A stretch of 64,000 nt of DNA from a bacterium (GCA_963693055.1 OY843751.1:1718252-1782251), one strand, 5' to 3'; counted from the first letter of the stretch, positions 38,276 through 49,371 are shown. Numbers and translations: made by a program. The notes: generated by a model not told the origin, from the letters alone.

Positions 38276-40399
38276 ATGAATCGATCCGGTGAAAATTTTT
38301 GGAGATATAATTTTTTCCGTTATAGCGCGCTTTTGTTCATGTTTTTGCTCGTTGGGCGGTTGTTACAGATCCAATTCTCTGAAATGGAGGGTGTGATGGA
38401 AAATGTAGAAAATCCATGGACCAAAAAAGTTGTGATTCCACCAGAACGCGGCAAGATTGTAGACAGGAATATAAAGTTGTTGGCTTTTAATATTCCAACA
38501 ATAACCGTTGTAGCTGATCCGCATATTGTTGAAAATAAACCGGATGCTGCATCAAAGCTGTCATTGATTCTGGGTGCAACCAAGCGCGAACTGTTGAAAA
38601 TGATGAATGAAAGCGGCAAGTATGTAGTTTTGGCGCGCAAACAACCTTTTGAGGTAAGAGAGAGAATTGAAAAGCTGAATTTAGCGGGAGTTAAGTGCGA
38701 AATTGCAATGACCCGCAAGTATCCTCAAAAAAATATTGCCAGCCAGTTGTTAGGATTCACAGATGTTGATGGAGTGGGGATTAGTGGTCTTGAAAAATCT
38801 CTGGATTATTCATTGCGTGGTGTACCGGGCAAGATGCTGTACCAGAAAACCGCTACAAATGATTTTTTTAATCATCCGGATTACCCAATCATTCCGCCGG
38901 AAAATGGGCAGGATGTGGTTTTGTCTATAGATTATCGATATCAGCATATTGCGGAAGAAGAGTTGTTGACAACAATTAATACACACAAGGCTGAAGGTGG
39001 TGTAGCCGTAATTATGAATCCCAAGACTGGAGAAGTGCTGGCTATGGCATCGGAACCGGGATTTGATCCCAATCATGCGAATCAATATGATGCCAGCTGC
39101 TGGAGATTACGTCCAATTACTGACGCTTTTGAACCCGGCTCTACTTTCAAGCTTGTTTTAATGTCTGCGGTATTGAATGAAGGTTTGCATACACCCGATG
39201 ATTTGGTGTTCTGTGAAAATGGAAAATATGAATTGATGGATGTGAGAATTCCAGATACTTCACCACATGCCTGGTTGACATTGCGTGAGGTTTTGGTATA
39301 CTCTTCGAATATTGGTGTTGCCAAATTGGCAATGGATATTGATAAACGAACCTTGTATGAATATGCAAGGGCATATGGTTTTGGTAATCGTTATGATTTT
39401 GATATTATAGGTGAAAGGGAAGGCATTTTAAAACCGGTTAAAGACTGGTCTGGTGTTACTCCTGCATTTATGTCAATTGGTCATGAAATTACAGCCACTT
39501 CATTGCAAATGTGCAATATGTTTTGTGCTGTTGCAAATGGCGGATATTTATTAAGTCCTTCAATTATTAAAGAGATCCGTAAGGATGGTCAGACACTGGT
39601 AAAAACAAAGCCAAAAGTAATTCGTAAGGTGATTTCCAGTACAACTGCTGATACTTTGAAAAATATTATGCGTGATGTGGTAATTAAAGGTACGGGTACC
39701 AATGCACAGATAGCGGGTATGAATATTTGTGGTAAAACCGGTACCGCCCAAATGGCATATACTACTGGAAATCGTGTTGGATATCAAAAAAATAATTATA
39801 TTGCCAGTTTTGGAGGCTTTTTCCCTGAAGAAGATCCAAAGCTTGTTATTTTTGTAATGGTTGAAAAACCCCGTGTGGGTTATTATGGTGGAACTATTTC
39901 GGCACCATGTTTCAAAAGAATTGCTGAACGTATTATAGATATTGAAGGTCGTGATTATTTTATAAAGTCTGATGATGATTTGGAAAACAGTAAGAATGAT
40001 GGCCCTGTGGTTGTTCCTAATTTGGTGGGAACAACCAGAGATTATGTGAATGATATGGTAGTGGATGAGCATTTTATTGCAAATATATCTGGTTCAGGTG
40101 ATGTGATTCTCTCTCAGGACCCAAAACCGGGTACCGAGCTTCAGGAAGCAAAAGAGTTGTTTCTTTCAGCAACTGATACAAAAGTTGAGAATGATTCAAC
40201 GGTGCCTGATGTAACCGGTCTTCCATTGCGTAATGCATTGAATGTTTTGTCTTTAAATGGGATATCGGTAGTTGTTGAGGGCTCTGGTAAAGTGGTTAAG
40301 CAAACCCCTAAAGCGGGCAGTACATTGAAAAACAAGGAACAAGTTTTACTGCATTGTGAAACCGCTATAAATTTAAAAGATTTGATTGTAATGAATTAG
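38276..40399 (+). CDS. ftsI: Penicillin-binding protein (FtsI/PBP3-type transpeptidase) with C-terminal PASTA domain
   Basis: PBP dimerisation and transpeptidase motifs (STFK, SSN, KTGT); C-terminal PASTA-like segment. Confidence 0.9.
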   Translation: MNRSGENFWRYNFFRYSALLFMFLLVGRLLQIQFSEMEGVMENVENPWTKKVVIPPERGKIVDRNIKLLAFNIPTITVVADPHIVENKPDAASKLSLILGATKRELLKMMNESGKYVVLARKQPFEVRERIEKLNLAGVKCEIAMTRKYPQKNIASQLLGFTDVDGVGISGLEKSLDYSLRGVPGKMLYQKTATNDFFNHPDYPIIPPENGQDVVLSIDYRYQHIAEEELLTTINTHKAEGGVAVIMNPKTGEVLAMASEPGFDPNHANQYDASCWRLRPITDAFEPGSTFKLVLMSAVLNEGLHTPDDLVFCENGKYELMDVRIPDTSPHAWLTLREVLVYSSNIGVAKLAMDIDKRTLYEYARAYGFGNRYDFDIIGEREGILKPVKDWSGVTPAFMSIGHEITATSLQMCNMFCAVANGGYLLSPSIIKEIRKDGQTLVKTKPKVIRKVISSTTADTLKNIMRDVVIKGTGTNAQIAGMNICGKTGTAQMAYTTGNRVGYQKNNYIASFGGFFPEEDPKLVIFVMVEKPRVGYYGGTISAPCFKRIAERIIDIEGRDYFIKSDDDLENSKNDGPVVVPNLVGTTRDYVNDMVVDEHFIANISGSGDVILSQDPKPGTELQEAKELFLSATDTKVENDSTVPDVTGLPLRNALNVLSLNGISVVVEGSGKVVKQTPKAGSTLKNKEQVLLHCETAINLKDLIVMN

Positions 40400-40406
40400 G
40401 ATTGAT

Positions 40407-41810
40407 GTGAGTAGCTTGAATTTAACAATATCAGAAATACTTTTAATTGATGCCATTTCAATTGCCTGGAAAGGTAATGTATCTGTTCCTGATGGTAACA
40501 TACGGCAAATCAGCACCGATTCAAGAAGCCTTGAAGCAGGTGATGTGTTTGTGGCAATTGAAGGTGAACGGTTTAATGGTCATGATTTTGTAAAGCAAGC
40601 TGTAGAAGCTAAAGTTTCGGCTTGTGTTGTTTCTGAAAAATGGTACAGTATGAATTCAGGGGCTTTTGAGAATTCTGGTTTTCTTGTTGTACAGGATACT
40701 TTAGAAGCATATCAGGAAATTGCACGATTTTATAGAATGAAATTTGATATTCCTGTTGTGGCTATTACAGGAAGTAGTGGTAAAACCACAACAAAGGAAT
40801 TTGTTGCGAGCGTTTTATCGCAAAAATATAATGTGTTGAGCAATATTAAATCCTTTAATAATCACATCGGTGTTCCGGCAACTTTGCTGAACCTGAGACC
40901 CGAACATGAAATTCTGGTTACAGAGCTGGGTACCAATCATTTTGGTGAGCTGGACCGACTCAGCTACCTGGTTGAACCATCTGTTTGTCTTTTTACCAAT
41001 ATCGGCTATGCACATTTGGAGTTTTTTAAGGATAAGCAGGGTGTTGCAAGAGCCAAAATGGAAATGCTCAACAGTATGCAAGCTAATGGTTTGATTATTT
41101 ATAATGCTGATGATCCGATTTTGGCAGATGTGACTTTTCCTTCTGAGAATCTGGTTTCATTTGGGACAAGTCAGGGAGCTGATGTATCAGGGCAAATATT
41201 ATATTGTGATGCTCTTGCAAAATATAGATTTGATTTTTCTGGTACCCTGGTGCAGTTGTCCGTACCCGGAAGTCATAATGTTTCGAACGCATTGGCTGCA
41301 ACGGCGGTGGCAAAACATTTTAACGTTGAAAATCAAAAAATTAAAGACGGAATTGAGTCTTTTAATTTTGTAGAAAAACGCATGCATGTGGTTGAGCATG
41401 GATCCATACGAATTATAGACGATACATATAATTCAAATCCCGGCAGCTGTATGGCTGCAATAGATACTTTGAAAGATATAAAAACCGGATTAAATGGACG
41501 TCGCATTGCTATTCTTGCAGATATGAAAGAATTGGGACAATTTTCTATTGATGAACATGTGAACATTTTTAAATATGCGGGAAGCAAGGAAATTGATGCA
41601 TTATTTCTGTTCGGTAGCGAGATGGAAAAGGCTTTCGAATTGGTTGATAAACATTGTTTTGATTTTCTCGGACATTTTCAGGACAAATCCGGTTTATTTG
41701 ATACATTGAAACAATATGTGGCTTCCCAAGATGTTTTACTTGTCAAGGGATCACGTTCCATGCATATGGAAGAAATTGTTGAAAATTTAAAATCCATAGA
41801 GGAAATGTAA
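40407..41810 (+). CDS. murF: UDP-N-acetylmuramoyl-tripeptide--D-alanyl-D-alanine ligase
   Basis: Matches E. coli MurF as recalled (GDVFVAIEGERFNGHDF, AITGSSGKTTTKEF, NNHIGVPATLLNL, GSRSMHMEE); MurF rather than MurE. Confidence 0.85.
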   Translation: MSSLNLTISEILLIDAISIAWKGNVSVPDGNIRQISTDSRSLEAGDVFVAIEGERFNGHDFVKQAVEAKVSACVVSEKWYSMNSGAFENSGFLVVQDTLEAYQEIARFYRMKFDIPVVAITGSSGKTTTKEFVASVLSQKYNVLSNIKSFNNHIGVPATLLNLRPEHEILVTELGTNHFGELDRLSYLVEPSVCLFTNIGYAHLEFFKDKQGVARAKMEMLNSMQANGLIIYNADDPILADVTFPSENLVSFGTSQGADVSGQILYCDALAKYRFDFSGTLVQLSVPGSHNVSNALAATAVAKHFNVENQKIKDGIESFNFVEKRMHVVEHGSIRIIDDTYNSNPGSCMAAIDTLKDIKTGLNGRRIAILADMKELGQFSIDEHVNIFKYAGSKEIDALFLFGSEMEKAFELVDKHCFDFLGHFQDKSGLFDTLKQYVASQDVLLVKGSRSMHMEEIVENLKSIEEM

Positions 41811-42896
41811 ATGCTGTATTATTTACTAACACCTTTACGCGATCAATTTATTGGCTTTAATCTGTTCCGGTATATTTCTTTCCGGGCCGCATTGAGTGTG
41901 TTTTTTGCGTTTTTAATAAGTGTGCTGTTGGGTCCTGTCATTATTCGTATGTTGAAAAAGCACCAGATTGGTGAAGAAATAAGAAATGACGGGCCGGAAT
42001 CTCATTTAAGTAAGCGCGGTACTCCCAGTATGGGCGGTTTGATCATTATTATAAGTGTTTTGATACCCACATTGTTATTTGCCAAGTATATGGAAATGTA
42101 TGTTTGGTTAATATTGCTGGTAACGCTGGTATTGACAGCTATTGGTTTTATGGACGATTATTTGAAAATTGTAAAAAAAGAACCCAAAGGTTTAATTGCC
42201 CGTAAGAAATTATTATTTCAGATATTGTTAGGCCTTGTTGTGGGTGTCCTTTTATACTTTTTCCCTCCTGTTGAAAATGCAAGAGCGGTTTCAACGGTAC
42301 CGTTTTTCAAAGATTATGAATTTAATTTTGGTATTTTCTATATACCCTTTATTGCTTTTATTATCACCGCTACATCGAACAGTTCGAATCTTACTGACGG
42401 ATTAGACGGATTGCTTGCAGGATTAAGTGCTGTGGCGGCTTTGGCTTTTGGTGCCATTGCTTATGTTTCGGGCCGTGTGGATTTTACAGATTATCTAAAT
42501 ATTATCTATTTACCAGGTGCGGGAGAAATTGCTATTTTTTGTGCTGCTTTGTTTGGCGCCTGTCTTGGATTTCTCTGGTACAATACGTATCCCGCACAGG
42601 TTTTTATGGGCGACACCGGCTCTTTGGCGCTAGGTGGTTCTATAGCTGCCATTTCAATTCTGGTTAAAAAAGAATTTTGGTTGTTGTTCATCTGTGCCAT
42701 TTTTGTTATAGAGAGTTTGTCTGTAATTATTCAGGTAGCATATTTTAAAAGAACAGGTAAACGAGTATTTAGAATGGCTCCCATTCACCATCACTTTGAA
42801 TTGAAACCTCTGGCAGAACCCAAAGTTGTTGTACGGTTCTGGATTGTAGGAATTTTGCTGGCATTATTAACACTTGCAACTTTTAAGATAAGATAA
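41811..42896 (+). CDS. mraY: Phospho-N-acetylmuramoyl-pentapeptide transferase
   Basis: Polytopic membrane protein with MraY motifs ([23 protein letters not shown]). Confidence 0.9.
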   Translation: MLYYLLTPLRDQFIGFNLFRYISFRAALSVFFAFLISVLLGPVIIRMLKKHQIGEEIRNDGPESHLSKRGTPSMGGLIIIISVLIPTLLFAKYMEMYVWLILLVTLVLTAIGFMDDYLKIVKKEPKGLIARKKLLFQILLGLVVGVLLYFFPPVENARAVSTVPFFKDYEFNFGIFYIPFIAFIITATSNSSNLTDGLDGLLAGLSAVAALAFGAIAYVSGRVDFTDYLNIIYLPGAGEIAIFCAALFGACLGFLWYNTYPAQVFMGDTGSLALGGSIAAISILVKKEFWLLFICAIFVIESLSVIIQVAYFKRTGKRVFRMAPIHHHFELKPLAEPKVVVRFWIVGILLALLTLATFKIR

Positions 42897-42901
42897 AAAG
42901 C

Positions 42902-44158
42902 ATGTTGGATTTGTTTAAAAAAATAGATTTTTCTAGAGTAGATTATATCCTGTTATCCAGTGTCATGTTTTTACTGGTATTGGGTGCGGCTATTGTTTTT
43001 TCTTCGAGCTCTTATCGTGCTGACCAGTTAACAGGTGACAGTGCTTATTATTTTAAAAATCATATGATAAAAGTTATAATTGGCTTGATATTTTTAGCTG
43101 TTTTGATATTGGTGGATTACAGGGTATGGTTAAATATATCTCCAATATTGTATTTGGGAGCTATTGTATTGTTGGTCACTCTTTTTTTGCCATTGCCAAT
43201 TGTGATCAGTAAAAATGAAGCTTCTCGTTGGTTGGGATTGGGACCATTTACATTTCAACCTTCAGATTTTGCCAGATATGTTCTAGTGTTTCTGATGGCA
43301 AGGCTATTATTTGAGAATAAAGAATATCTTGAAACCTGGAAGGGATTTCTTGTACATATATTTGTTGCTGGTGTCATAATCGTATTGATTGCTGCTGAAA
43401 AAGATTTGGGTACAGCAATCATGGTCACTATTATTGTATTTAGTATGTTCTTTCTCGCTGAAGTGAAATTTATCTATATTTTGTCGTTGGGAATGACAGC
43501 AATTACAGCTGGTTTAGCGTACCTTGTGCGTAATCCTTATATGTTGAAACGTGTTTATTCCTATATCGATGTATCTATCAATAATAATTTTAGCGATTAC
43601 CAATTACAGCAGTCGATAAATGCTTTTCGTTTTGGAGGTATCTTTGGACGTGGTATTGGTAACAGTATTCAAAAATACGAGTTTTTACCAGAAGCCCATA
43701 AAGATTTTATTTTTTCGGTAATTGGTGAAGAATTGGGTATGATTGGCGCAATAGCGGTTCTGGTTTTGTTTTTTGTTGTCATGTACCGTGGATTTCAGAT
43801 CGCTAAAACAGCACCTGATGGTTATGGGAAATTGCTTGCTGGCGGTATTACCATTTGTATTGGTTTGTATGCTTTTTTCAATGCTGCTGTAACTTTGGCA
43901 ATTTTACCCACAACGGGTATTCCTATGCCGTTTATCAGTTATGGTGGATCTGCAATGGTAACACACCTTGCAGCGGTTGGTGTGTTGATCAATATATCGT
44001 CACAGAGTCGGAAATCGTTTATGAATTATCCGAGTCGTTCAACATATCAAAGTCGTATCAATCGGTTGAATGTGAATGCTTCAAAAGCAACACCCAAGCC
44101 CAAGAAACGGAAAAAATATAAAAGACGTCCTGCACCACAGTACAAGGTTGGTTTGTAA
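42902..44158 (+). CDS. ftsW: SEDS-family peptidoglycan glycosyltransferase FtsW, with basic C-terminal tail
   Basis: Ten-TM SEDS protein (LPTTGIPMPFISYGGS); lysine-rich C-terminal extension. Confidence 0.85.
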   Translation: MLDLFKKIDFSRVDYILLSSVMFLLVLGAAIVFSSSSYRADQLTGDSAYYFKNHMIKVIIGLIFLAVLILVDYRVWLNISPILYLGAIVLLVTLFLPLPIVISKNEASRWLGLGPFTFQPSDFARYVLVFLMARLLFENKEYLETWKGFLVHIFVAGVIIVLIAAEKDLGTAIMVTIIVFSMFFLAEVKFIYILSLGMTAITAGLAYLVRNPYMLKRVYSYIDVSINNNFSDYQLQQSINAFRFGGIFGRGIGNSIQKYEFLPEAHKDFIFSVIGEELGMIGAIAVLVLFFVVMYRGFQIAKTAPDGYGKLLAGGITICIGLYAFFNAAVTLAILPTTGIPMPFISYGGSAMVTHLAAVGVLINISSQSRKSFMNYPSRSTYQSRINRLNVNASKATPKPKKRKKYKRRPAPQYKVGL

Positions 44159-45279
44159 TGAATGATGGCGCTTTTAAAAAAACTTATATTTTTGCCGGTG
44201 GTGGAACAGGTGGCCATTTGTATCCTGCTATTGCCATAGGGCAGCGGCTGTTGGAGTTGGAGCTGGAAGCGCAGATTCATTTTATTGGTACTGAAAAAGG
44301 TTTGGAAAACCGGGTAATACCTGAAATAGGCTATCCTTTGCATAAAATTGCGGTTCGTGGTTTTTCAAGAAAGAATCTCTTTTCAAATGTTGGCGTTATT
44401 TTCCGATTGATATACAGTTTATTTCAATGTGTAGAACTCTTGAAGAAAATTAAACCCCTGGCAGTGATTGGTACCGGTGGTTACGTAAGCGGCCCTATGT
44501 TATTTATAGCTAATTTAATGGGATACCCAACACTTATACAGGAACAGAACAGTTACCCAGGTGTAACGACCCGTTTATTGGCTAAAAAAGTTGATCAAGT
44601 GCACCTGAGTTTTAAAGAATCTTTTAAATATTTTAAAAGTCAAAAGAATTTGCATTTGACCGGAAACCCTGTCAGAAAATTTGATATGAATATTGGCACT
44701 GAAAAGGCCAGAACTTTTTTTAACCTGGATCCTGATAAGGTAACCGTGTTGATCTTTGGTGGTAGTCAGGGTGCTTTGGCAATCAATAAAGCATTTGCAA
44801 ATTCAATTAGTCGGGTGTTGGCTGAAACCGATGCTCAGTTTATTTGGCTCAGCGGTAAATATAGCTATGAAATGGCTAAAAAAAGTTCAGCGGGACATGA
44901 ACCCCGAATTTACGTGACGGATTATCTGGATAATATGAGTATGGCTTATAATGCATCTGATCTTGCTGCCAGCCGTGCAGGAGCTATTGCATTATCTGAA
45001 TTGGCGATATGTGGTTTACCATCGGTTTTAATTCCATATCCATTTGCGGCAGCTGACCATCAATCGTTTAACGCAAAAACATTTGAAAATGCCGGTGCTG
45101 CTCTGATATTAACAGAAAATGAAATTGCCAATAATTCTGAATTATTTACAGACACAATTATTGATTTTGTTAACAATAAAGAAAAACGTATGAAAATGAG
45201 CCGGGCGGCAAAAAAGATGTCTTTTCCTAATTCGGTAGATAAACTGGCAGAGTCAATTACGTTAATTAGTAAAAAATGA
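44158..45279 (+). CDS. murG: UDP-N-acetylglucosamine--N-acetylmuramyl-(pentapeptide) pyrophosphoryl-undecaprenol GlcNAc transferase
   Basis: IFAGGGTGGHLYPAIAI N-terminal motif; start overlaps the ftsW stop. Confidence 0.9.
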   Translation: MNDGAFKKTYIFAGGGTGGHLYPAIAIGQRLLELELEAQIHFIGTEKGLENRVIPEIGYPLHKIAVRGFSRKNLFSNVGVIFRLIYSLFQCVELLKKIKPLAVIGTGGYVSGPMLFIANLMGYPTLIQEQNSYPGVTTRLLAKKVDQVHLSFKESFKYFKSQKNLHLTGNPVRKFDMNIGTEKARTFFNLDPDKVTVLIFGGSQGALAINKAFANSISRVLAETDAQFIWLSGKYSYEMAKKSSAGHEPRIYVTDYLDNMSMAYNASDLAASRAGAIALSELAICGLPSVLIPYPFAAADHQSFNAKTFENAGAALILTENEIANNSELFTDTIIDFVNNKEKRMKMSRAAKKMSFPNSVDKLAESITLISKK

Positions 45280-45292
45280 AGCAGGTGTAGTT

Positions 45293-46015
45293 ATGGATTT
45301 TATGTTTCTCGGTAAAAAAGTATTGTTTTTCAGCCTGGCCCTGCTAACCGGTTTGTTTATTACACAGGCCATTATAGAAGCACATTCACCAGAACCCGAA
45401 AGTTTTGATGATGTTGTATTAATTGAAAATAATATGGAAACAGTGGAGGATAAAGAATCCGTTAATACCTTGATCAGGTCAAGTATTCAGGAATGGGTGG
45501 GTGAAACAGAAGATAATATGGTATCCATAAATTCCCCCATAATATCAACTGTTCTTGAATCCAGAAATGAAAAAGGGACTCCTTTTGCCTATGTATCTGC
45601 AAACAGAATTTTTATTGTAGACCACAAAGGTAAATTGCTGGCCCCGGCTGACTCGCTTGGATTTCATGATTTACCCATTATTTCAGGTGATTCGCTAAAA
45701 ATTTATTCGTCAACTTTTCGACTAGCCGGTGACGGTGTTAGTGATGCGTTAAATCTGATCAAAAATGCACAAAAACAAGGTACTATTGTATACAGTAATC
45801 TTTCGGAAATCAACATTCAACCAAAATTGGGATTGGTTGTTTATAGTAATATTTCCAAGGGATTGCCATTAATTGTAGGAAGTGGAAGCATAGAAAAAAA
45901 GATTCGGAACTTGAGAACATTTATCCAGGAATTTGGAGATTCAAAGTTACTGACCCAAACCCGTTATCTGGATTTACGTCTGGATGGACAAATTATTCTT
46001 AAAAAACGGGTGTAA
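45293..46015 (+). CDS. ftsQ: Cell division protein FtsQ/DivIB-like (TM plus POTRA)
   Basis: N-terminal TM helix, POTRA-like region; position between murG and ftsA. Confidence 0.65.
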   Translation: MDFMFLGKKVLFFSLALLTGLFITQAIIEAHSPEPESFDDVVLIENNMETVEDKESVNTLIRSSIQEWVGETEDNMVSINSPIISTVLESRNEKGTPFAYVSANRIFIVDHKGKLLAPADSLGFHDLPIISGDSLKIYSSTFRLAGDGVSDALNLIKNAQKQGTIVYSNLSEINIQPKLGLVVYSNISKGLPLIVGSGSIEKKIRNLRTFIQEFGDSKLLTQTRYLDLRLDGQIILKKRV

Positions 46016-46052
46016 AAAATCTATGTCAAGAACAACGTAGTGGGGTAACATT

Positions 46053-47297
46053 ATGGAAGCTATGGATATAATTACCGGTCTTGATATCGGTACAACAAAA
46101 ATTGGTTGTTTTATAGCAGAAATCGGGCCAACCGGTCGATTGAAAATCATCGGTGTGAGCACTGTACCTTCTGATGGTTTGCGATATGGAGTAGTAGTGG
46201 ATATTGATAAAACCGTCGTGTCAATCCGTAATGCCATTAAAAAAGCTGAAGAAATGGCAGGAATTGAGGTAGATCTGGTTTTTGCGGGTATTGCGGGAGA
46301 TCATATTCGCAGTATTAATGGAAGAGGTGTAGTTGCAATATCCGGAGAAAATGGAGAAGTATCATCAGATGATGTTCGCCGGGTAATAGATGCTGCAAAA
46401 GCAGTTGCGCTGCCTATAGACAGAGAGATAATTCATATTTTACCGCAGGAATTTATCGTTGACGATCAGCGTGGAATTCGTGACCCGGTCGGTATGAAAG
46501 GTGTTCGTCTTGAAGCCGAAGTTCACATTGTTACCGGTGCAATTGCATCGGCGCAGAACATTCATCGCTGTATTGAGCGTGCGGGTTATGGCGTTGCAGA
46601 TCTTGTATTGGAACCGTTAGCTTCAAGTTTTTCTGTCTTGACCGATGATGAGAAAGAGTTGGGTGTAATTCTTATTGATATTGGTGGCGGAACAAGTGAT
46701 ATAGCCATGTTTTATGAGGGTTGTATTCGTCATACCTCTGTTGTGGCTTTGGGCGGCAGGAATGTAACCAATGATCTTGCAATTGTGTTAAGAACACCAC
46801 TAGACGCGGCAGAAAAATTAAAGATAAATCACAGCAGTGTACTTCACGAAGAAGATGATAAAGATAAAATTGTTGAAGTTGCAGGTGTAAACAATAGAGC
46901 ACCTCGCAAGATTTCTAAAGGACTGTTGGTTGACATTGTTCAACCTCGTCTGGTAGAGATATTGACACTGTGTTATGAAGAAGTACGCAAATCAGATTAT
47001 ATTAATTTAATGACTACAGGACTGGTACTTACTGGTGGTGGTTCGATGATACCAGGAACAGTAGAGCTTGCAGAAGATATTTTTAATATGCCTGTAAAAA
47101 TTGGCATTCCACAGGGTTTCTCTGGTCTTGTAGAAGAGGCCCAGAATCCCAAATTTGCAACAGGTGTAGGACTGGTTCAATATGGTTATTTGCACCATGG
47201 AGAAATATTTGAAGCATTGGAAGGTGAAGAAGGAATTTTTGATTCGATCAAAAAACGTTTTCGCCGTTGGTTTGGTAGCGTAACCACTATGTATTAA
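46053..47297 (+). CDS. ftsA: Cell division protein FtsA (actin-like ATPase)
   Basis: GLDIGTTKIGCFIAE, DIGGGTSDIAMF actin-fold motifs. Confidence 0.9.
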   Translation: MEAMDIITGLDIGTTKIGCFIAEIGPTGRLKIIGVSTVPSDGLRYGVVVDIDKTVVSIRNAIKKAEEMAGIEVDLVFAGIAGDHIRSINGRGVVAISGENGEVSSDDVRRVIDAAKAVALPIDREIIHILPQEFIVDDQRGIRDPVGMKGVRLEAEVHIVTGAIASAQNIHRCIERAGYGVADLVLEPLASSFSVLTDDEKELGVILIDIGGGTSDIAMFYEGCIRHTSVVALGGRNVTNDLAIVLRTPLDAAEKLKINHSSVLHEEDDKDKIVEVAGVNNRAPRKISKGLLVDIVQPRLVEILTLCYEEVRKSDYINLMTTGLVLTGGGSMIPGTVELAEDIFNMPVKIGIPQGFSGLVEEAQNPKFATGVGLVQYGYLHHGEIFEALEGEEGIFDSIKKRFRRWFGSVTTMY

Positions 47298-47311
47298 AAT
47301 TGAGGTTTATT

Positions 47312-47518
47312 ATGAATTTTACCGAATTTGAATCTTTTGAAAATGTAACAATTCCTATGAGCTTGATTGAAGATACGCTCGAATTGCTATTGAATCCTAA
47401 ACGCATCATTTCGGATTCAAATGAAATTGTTTTGGATTGGAATAAACGGACCGAGGTTTATAACCGTTTATTTGATGTGATGAAAAAGTGCAGCAGTACA
47501 GAACTTTTGAATAGTTAA
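47312..47518 (+). CDS. Small acidic hypothetical protein between ftsA and ftsZ
   Basis: 68-aa ORF from ATG at 47312 (ORF-track alternative start 47300) with GAGG RBS, starting 15 bp after ftsA; no recognisable family. Confidence 0.4.
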   Translation: MNFTEFESFENVTIPMSLIEDTLELLLNPKRIISDSNEIVLDWNKRTEVYNRLFDVMKKCSSTELLNS

Positions 47519-47602
47519 TTAATACCCTAATGATTGAAATTTTCGGTTTAGGCTGGTGTTGGGTCCAGCCATGTCCGTATAATTAAATAAAAGGAGTGGG
47601 CT

Positions 47603-48994
47603 ATGAGTAATATGACATTTGATTTTGATGATAGCCGCCAGAATGGCGCTATACTTAAAGTTGTTGGTGTTGGTGGTGCCGGAGGTAACGCAATTAACCG
47701 TATGATTGCCGAAGGTCTTGCAGGTGTAGAGTTTATTGGTATTAATACTGATGAACAGGCACTGAACCTTTGTAAAGCACCTGGTAAAGTATATGTTGGT
47801 ACCAAATCTACACAAGGATTGGGTGCCGGCGCTGATCCGGAAAAAGGTAAACGCGCGGTAGAAGAAGACCGTAATGCCGTATATGATTATCTTTCTGATG
47901 CAGATATGGTATTCATTGCTGCAGGAATGGGTGGTGGTACCGGAACAGGAGCCTCGCCTATTGTTGCAGAAATTGCCAAAGATATTGGTGCTTTAACCGT
48001 AGGTATTGTTACAACTCCATTTATTTTTGAAGGCCCAAAACGCATCCAACGAGCAGAAGAAGGAATAAATGAACTTAAAGAACGTGTAGACACCTTGATT
48101 GTTATTCCAAATCAGCGCTTGCTTACTATAGTTCCTAAAAATACACCACTAGATGCTGGTTTTAGATATGCTGATGAGATCCTGTTTAATGCAACAAAAG
48201 GTATTTCTGATTTGATCACAATACCCGGTTTGATTAACCTTGACTTTGCCGATGTTCGCACAATCATGAGTGAAATGGGAGACGCTCTGATGGGTTGCGG
48301 TCAGGCTTCCGGAGAAGACCGTGCAAAAATTGCTGCACAACAGGCAATTAATAGTCCATTGTTGGAAGATGTTAGCATTTCAGGTGCATTGGGAGTACTT
48401 GTAAATATTACCGGTGGTTCAGAAATGAGTTTGCATGAAGTAAATGAAGCTGCCAGTATTATATCGGAAGAAGCAGGACCAAAAGCGAATGTTATTTTTG
48501 GTTCAGTTATTGATAATACTTTGGACGAAGAGATTCGCATCACTGTAATTGCAACCGGATTAGCATCGCAACGTGGGAAAAAACGTTTTGGTATGTATGG
48601 TCAATTAAACCGCCCAAAATATGAAACACATAGCCCCTCAGGCTCAGAAAATATTGATCCTCGTGAGATTCCGGCATATGATAGAATTGAAAAAATAAAT
48701 GAAAAAATGAACCAGAGTGCTAATATAGATATGCAATCTGTGAATCAGGCTAAAAAAATGAATCAACCTCGATATGAAGAGCCTAAACCAGAACCAACAC
48801 CAAAACCCGAATCCCGTTTTGAGCACGTAGATCATACCAGTAATATGAATCATGATAATGGTTCAAATGGGTACGGAAGTTCTTCAAACGGTTCTAATGG
48901 ATATGACAAGCCTGCGAATGGATATACTAATGATGATTATCAAATCCCGGCATATAAACGTAAAAAATGGAATATGTTTGGTGATTTGGATTAA
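47603..48994 (+). CDS. ftsZ: Cell division GTPase FtsZ with long C-terminal linker
   Basis: [15 protein letters not shown] tubulin signature, GTGTGASP T7 loop, extended disordered C-terminus. Confidence 0.95.
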   Translation: MSNMTFDFDDSRQNGAILKVVGVGGAGGNAINRMIAEGLAGVEFIGINTDEQALNLCKAPGKVYVGTKSTQGLGAGADPEKGKRAVEEDRNAVYDYLSDADMVFIAAGMGGGTGTGASPIVAEIAKDIGALTVGIVTTPFIFEGPKRIQRAEEGINELKERVDTLIVIPNQRLLTIVPKNTPLDAGFRYADEILFNATKGISDLITIPGLINLDFADVRTIMSEMGDALMGCGQASGEDRAKIAAQQAINSPLLEDVSISGALGVLVNITGGSEMSLHEVNEAASIISEEAGPKANVIFGSVIDNTLDEEIRITVIATGLASQRGKKRFGMYGQLNRPKYETHSPSGSENIDPREIPAYDRIEKINEKMNQSANIDMQSVNQAKKMNQPRYEEPKPEPTPKPESRFEHVDHTSNMNHDNGSNGYGSSSNGSNGYDKPANGYTNDDYQIPAYKRKKWNMFGDLD

Positions 48995-49085
48995 GTTGAA
49001 AACCCCACTCCCATGGCGCTCGACATCCCAACTCGTACAATTGGTTTAACCAATTGTTGAGCGAGCTGCCTATAAAACAAAAAAA

Positions 49086-49112
49086 GGCCCCAAATTACGG
49101 GGCCTTTTTTTT
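49086..49112. terminator. Bidirectional rho-independent terminator between ftsZ and rpmB
   Basis: aaaaaaa-ggcccc-aaattac-ggggcc-tttttttt. Confidence 0.85.
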
Positions 49113-49179
49113 ATTCACTAGAAATGAAAAAAGCTTCTGTAAACAGAAGCTTTATAAATAAATAGAAGAAATTTTGGAA

Positions 49180-49371
49180 TTACAGGGCCTTTTCAACCTT
49201 ACCAGAACGAAGGCAACGTGTGCAGACATATGCATTTTTAACCGAACCTTCATGGCGAATTCTCAATTTCTTGAGATTTGGCATCCAACGACGTTTCGAT
49301 AGATTGTGTGCGTGACTAACATTGTTACCTACTAATGGCCCTTTTCCACATATGCTACATTTCTTTGCCAT
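49180..49371 (-). CDS. rpmB: 50S ribosomal protein L28
   Basis: 63 aa; [33 protein letters not shown] matches the L28 family. Confidence 0.9.
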   Translation of the reverse strand: MAKKCSICGKGPLVGNNVSHAHNLSKRRWMPNLKKLRIRHEGSVKNAYVCTRCLRSGKVEKAL

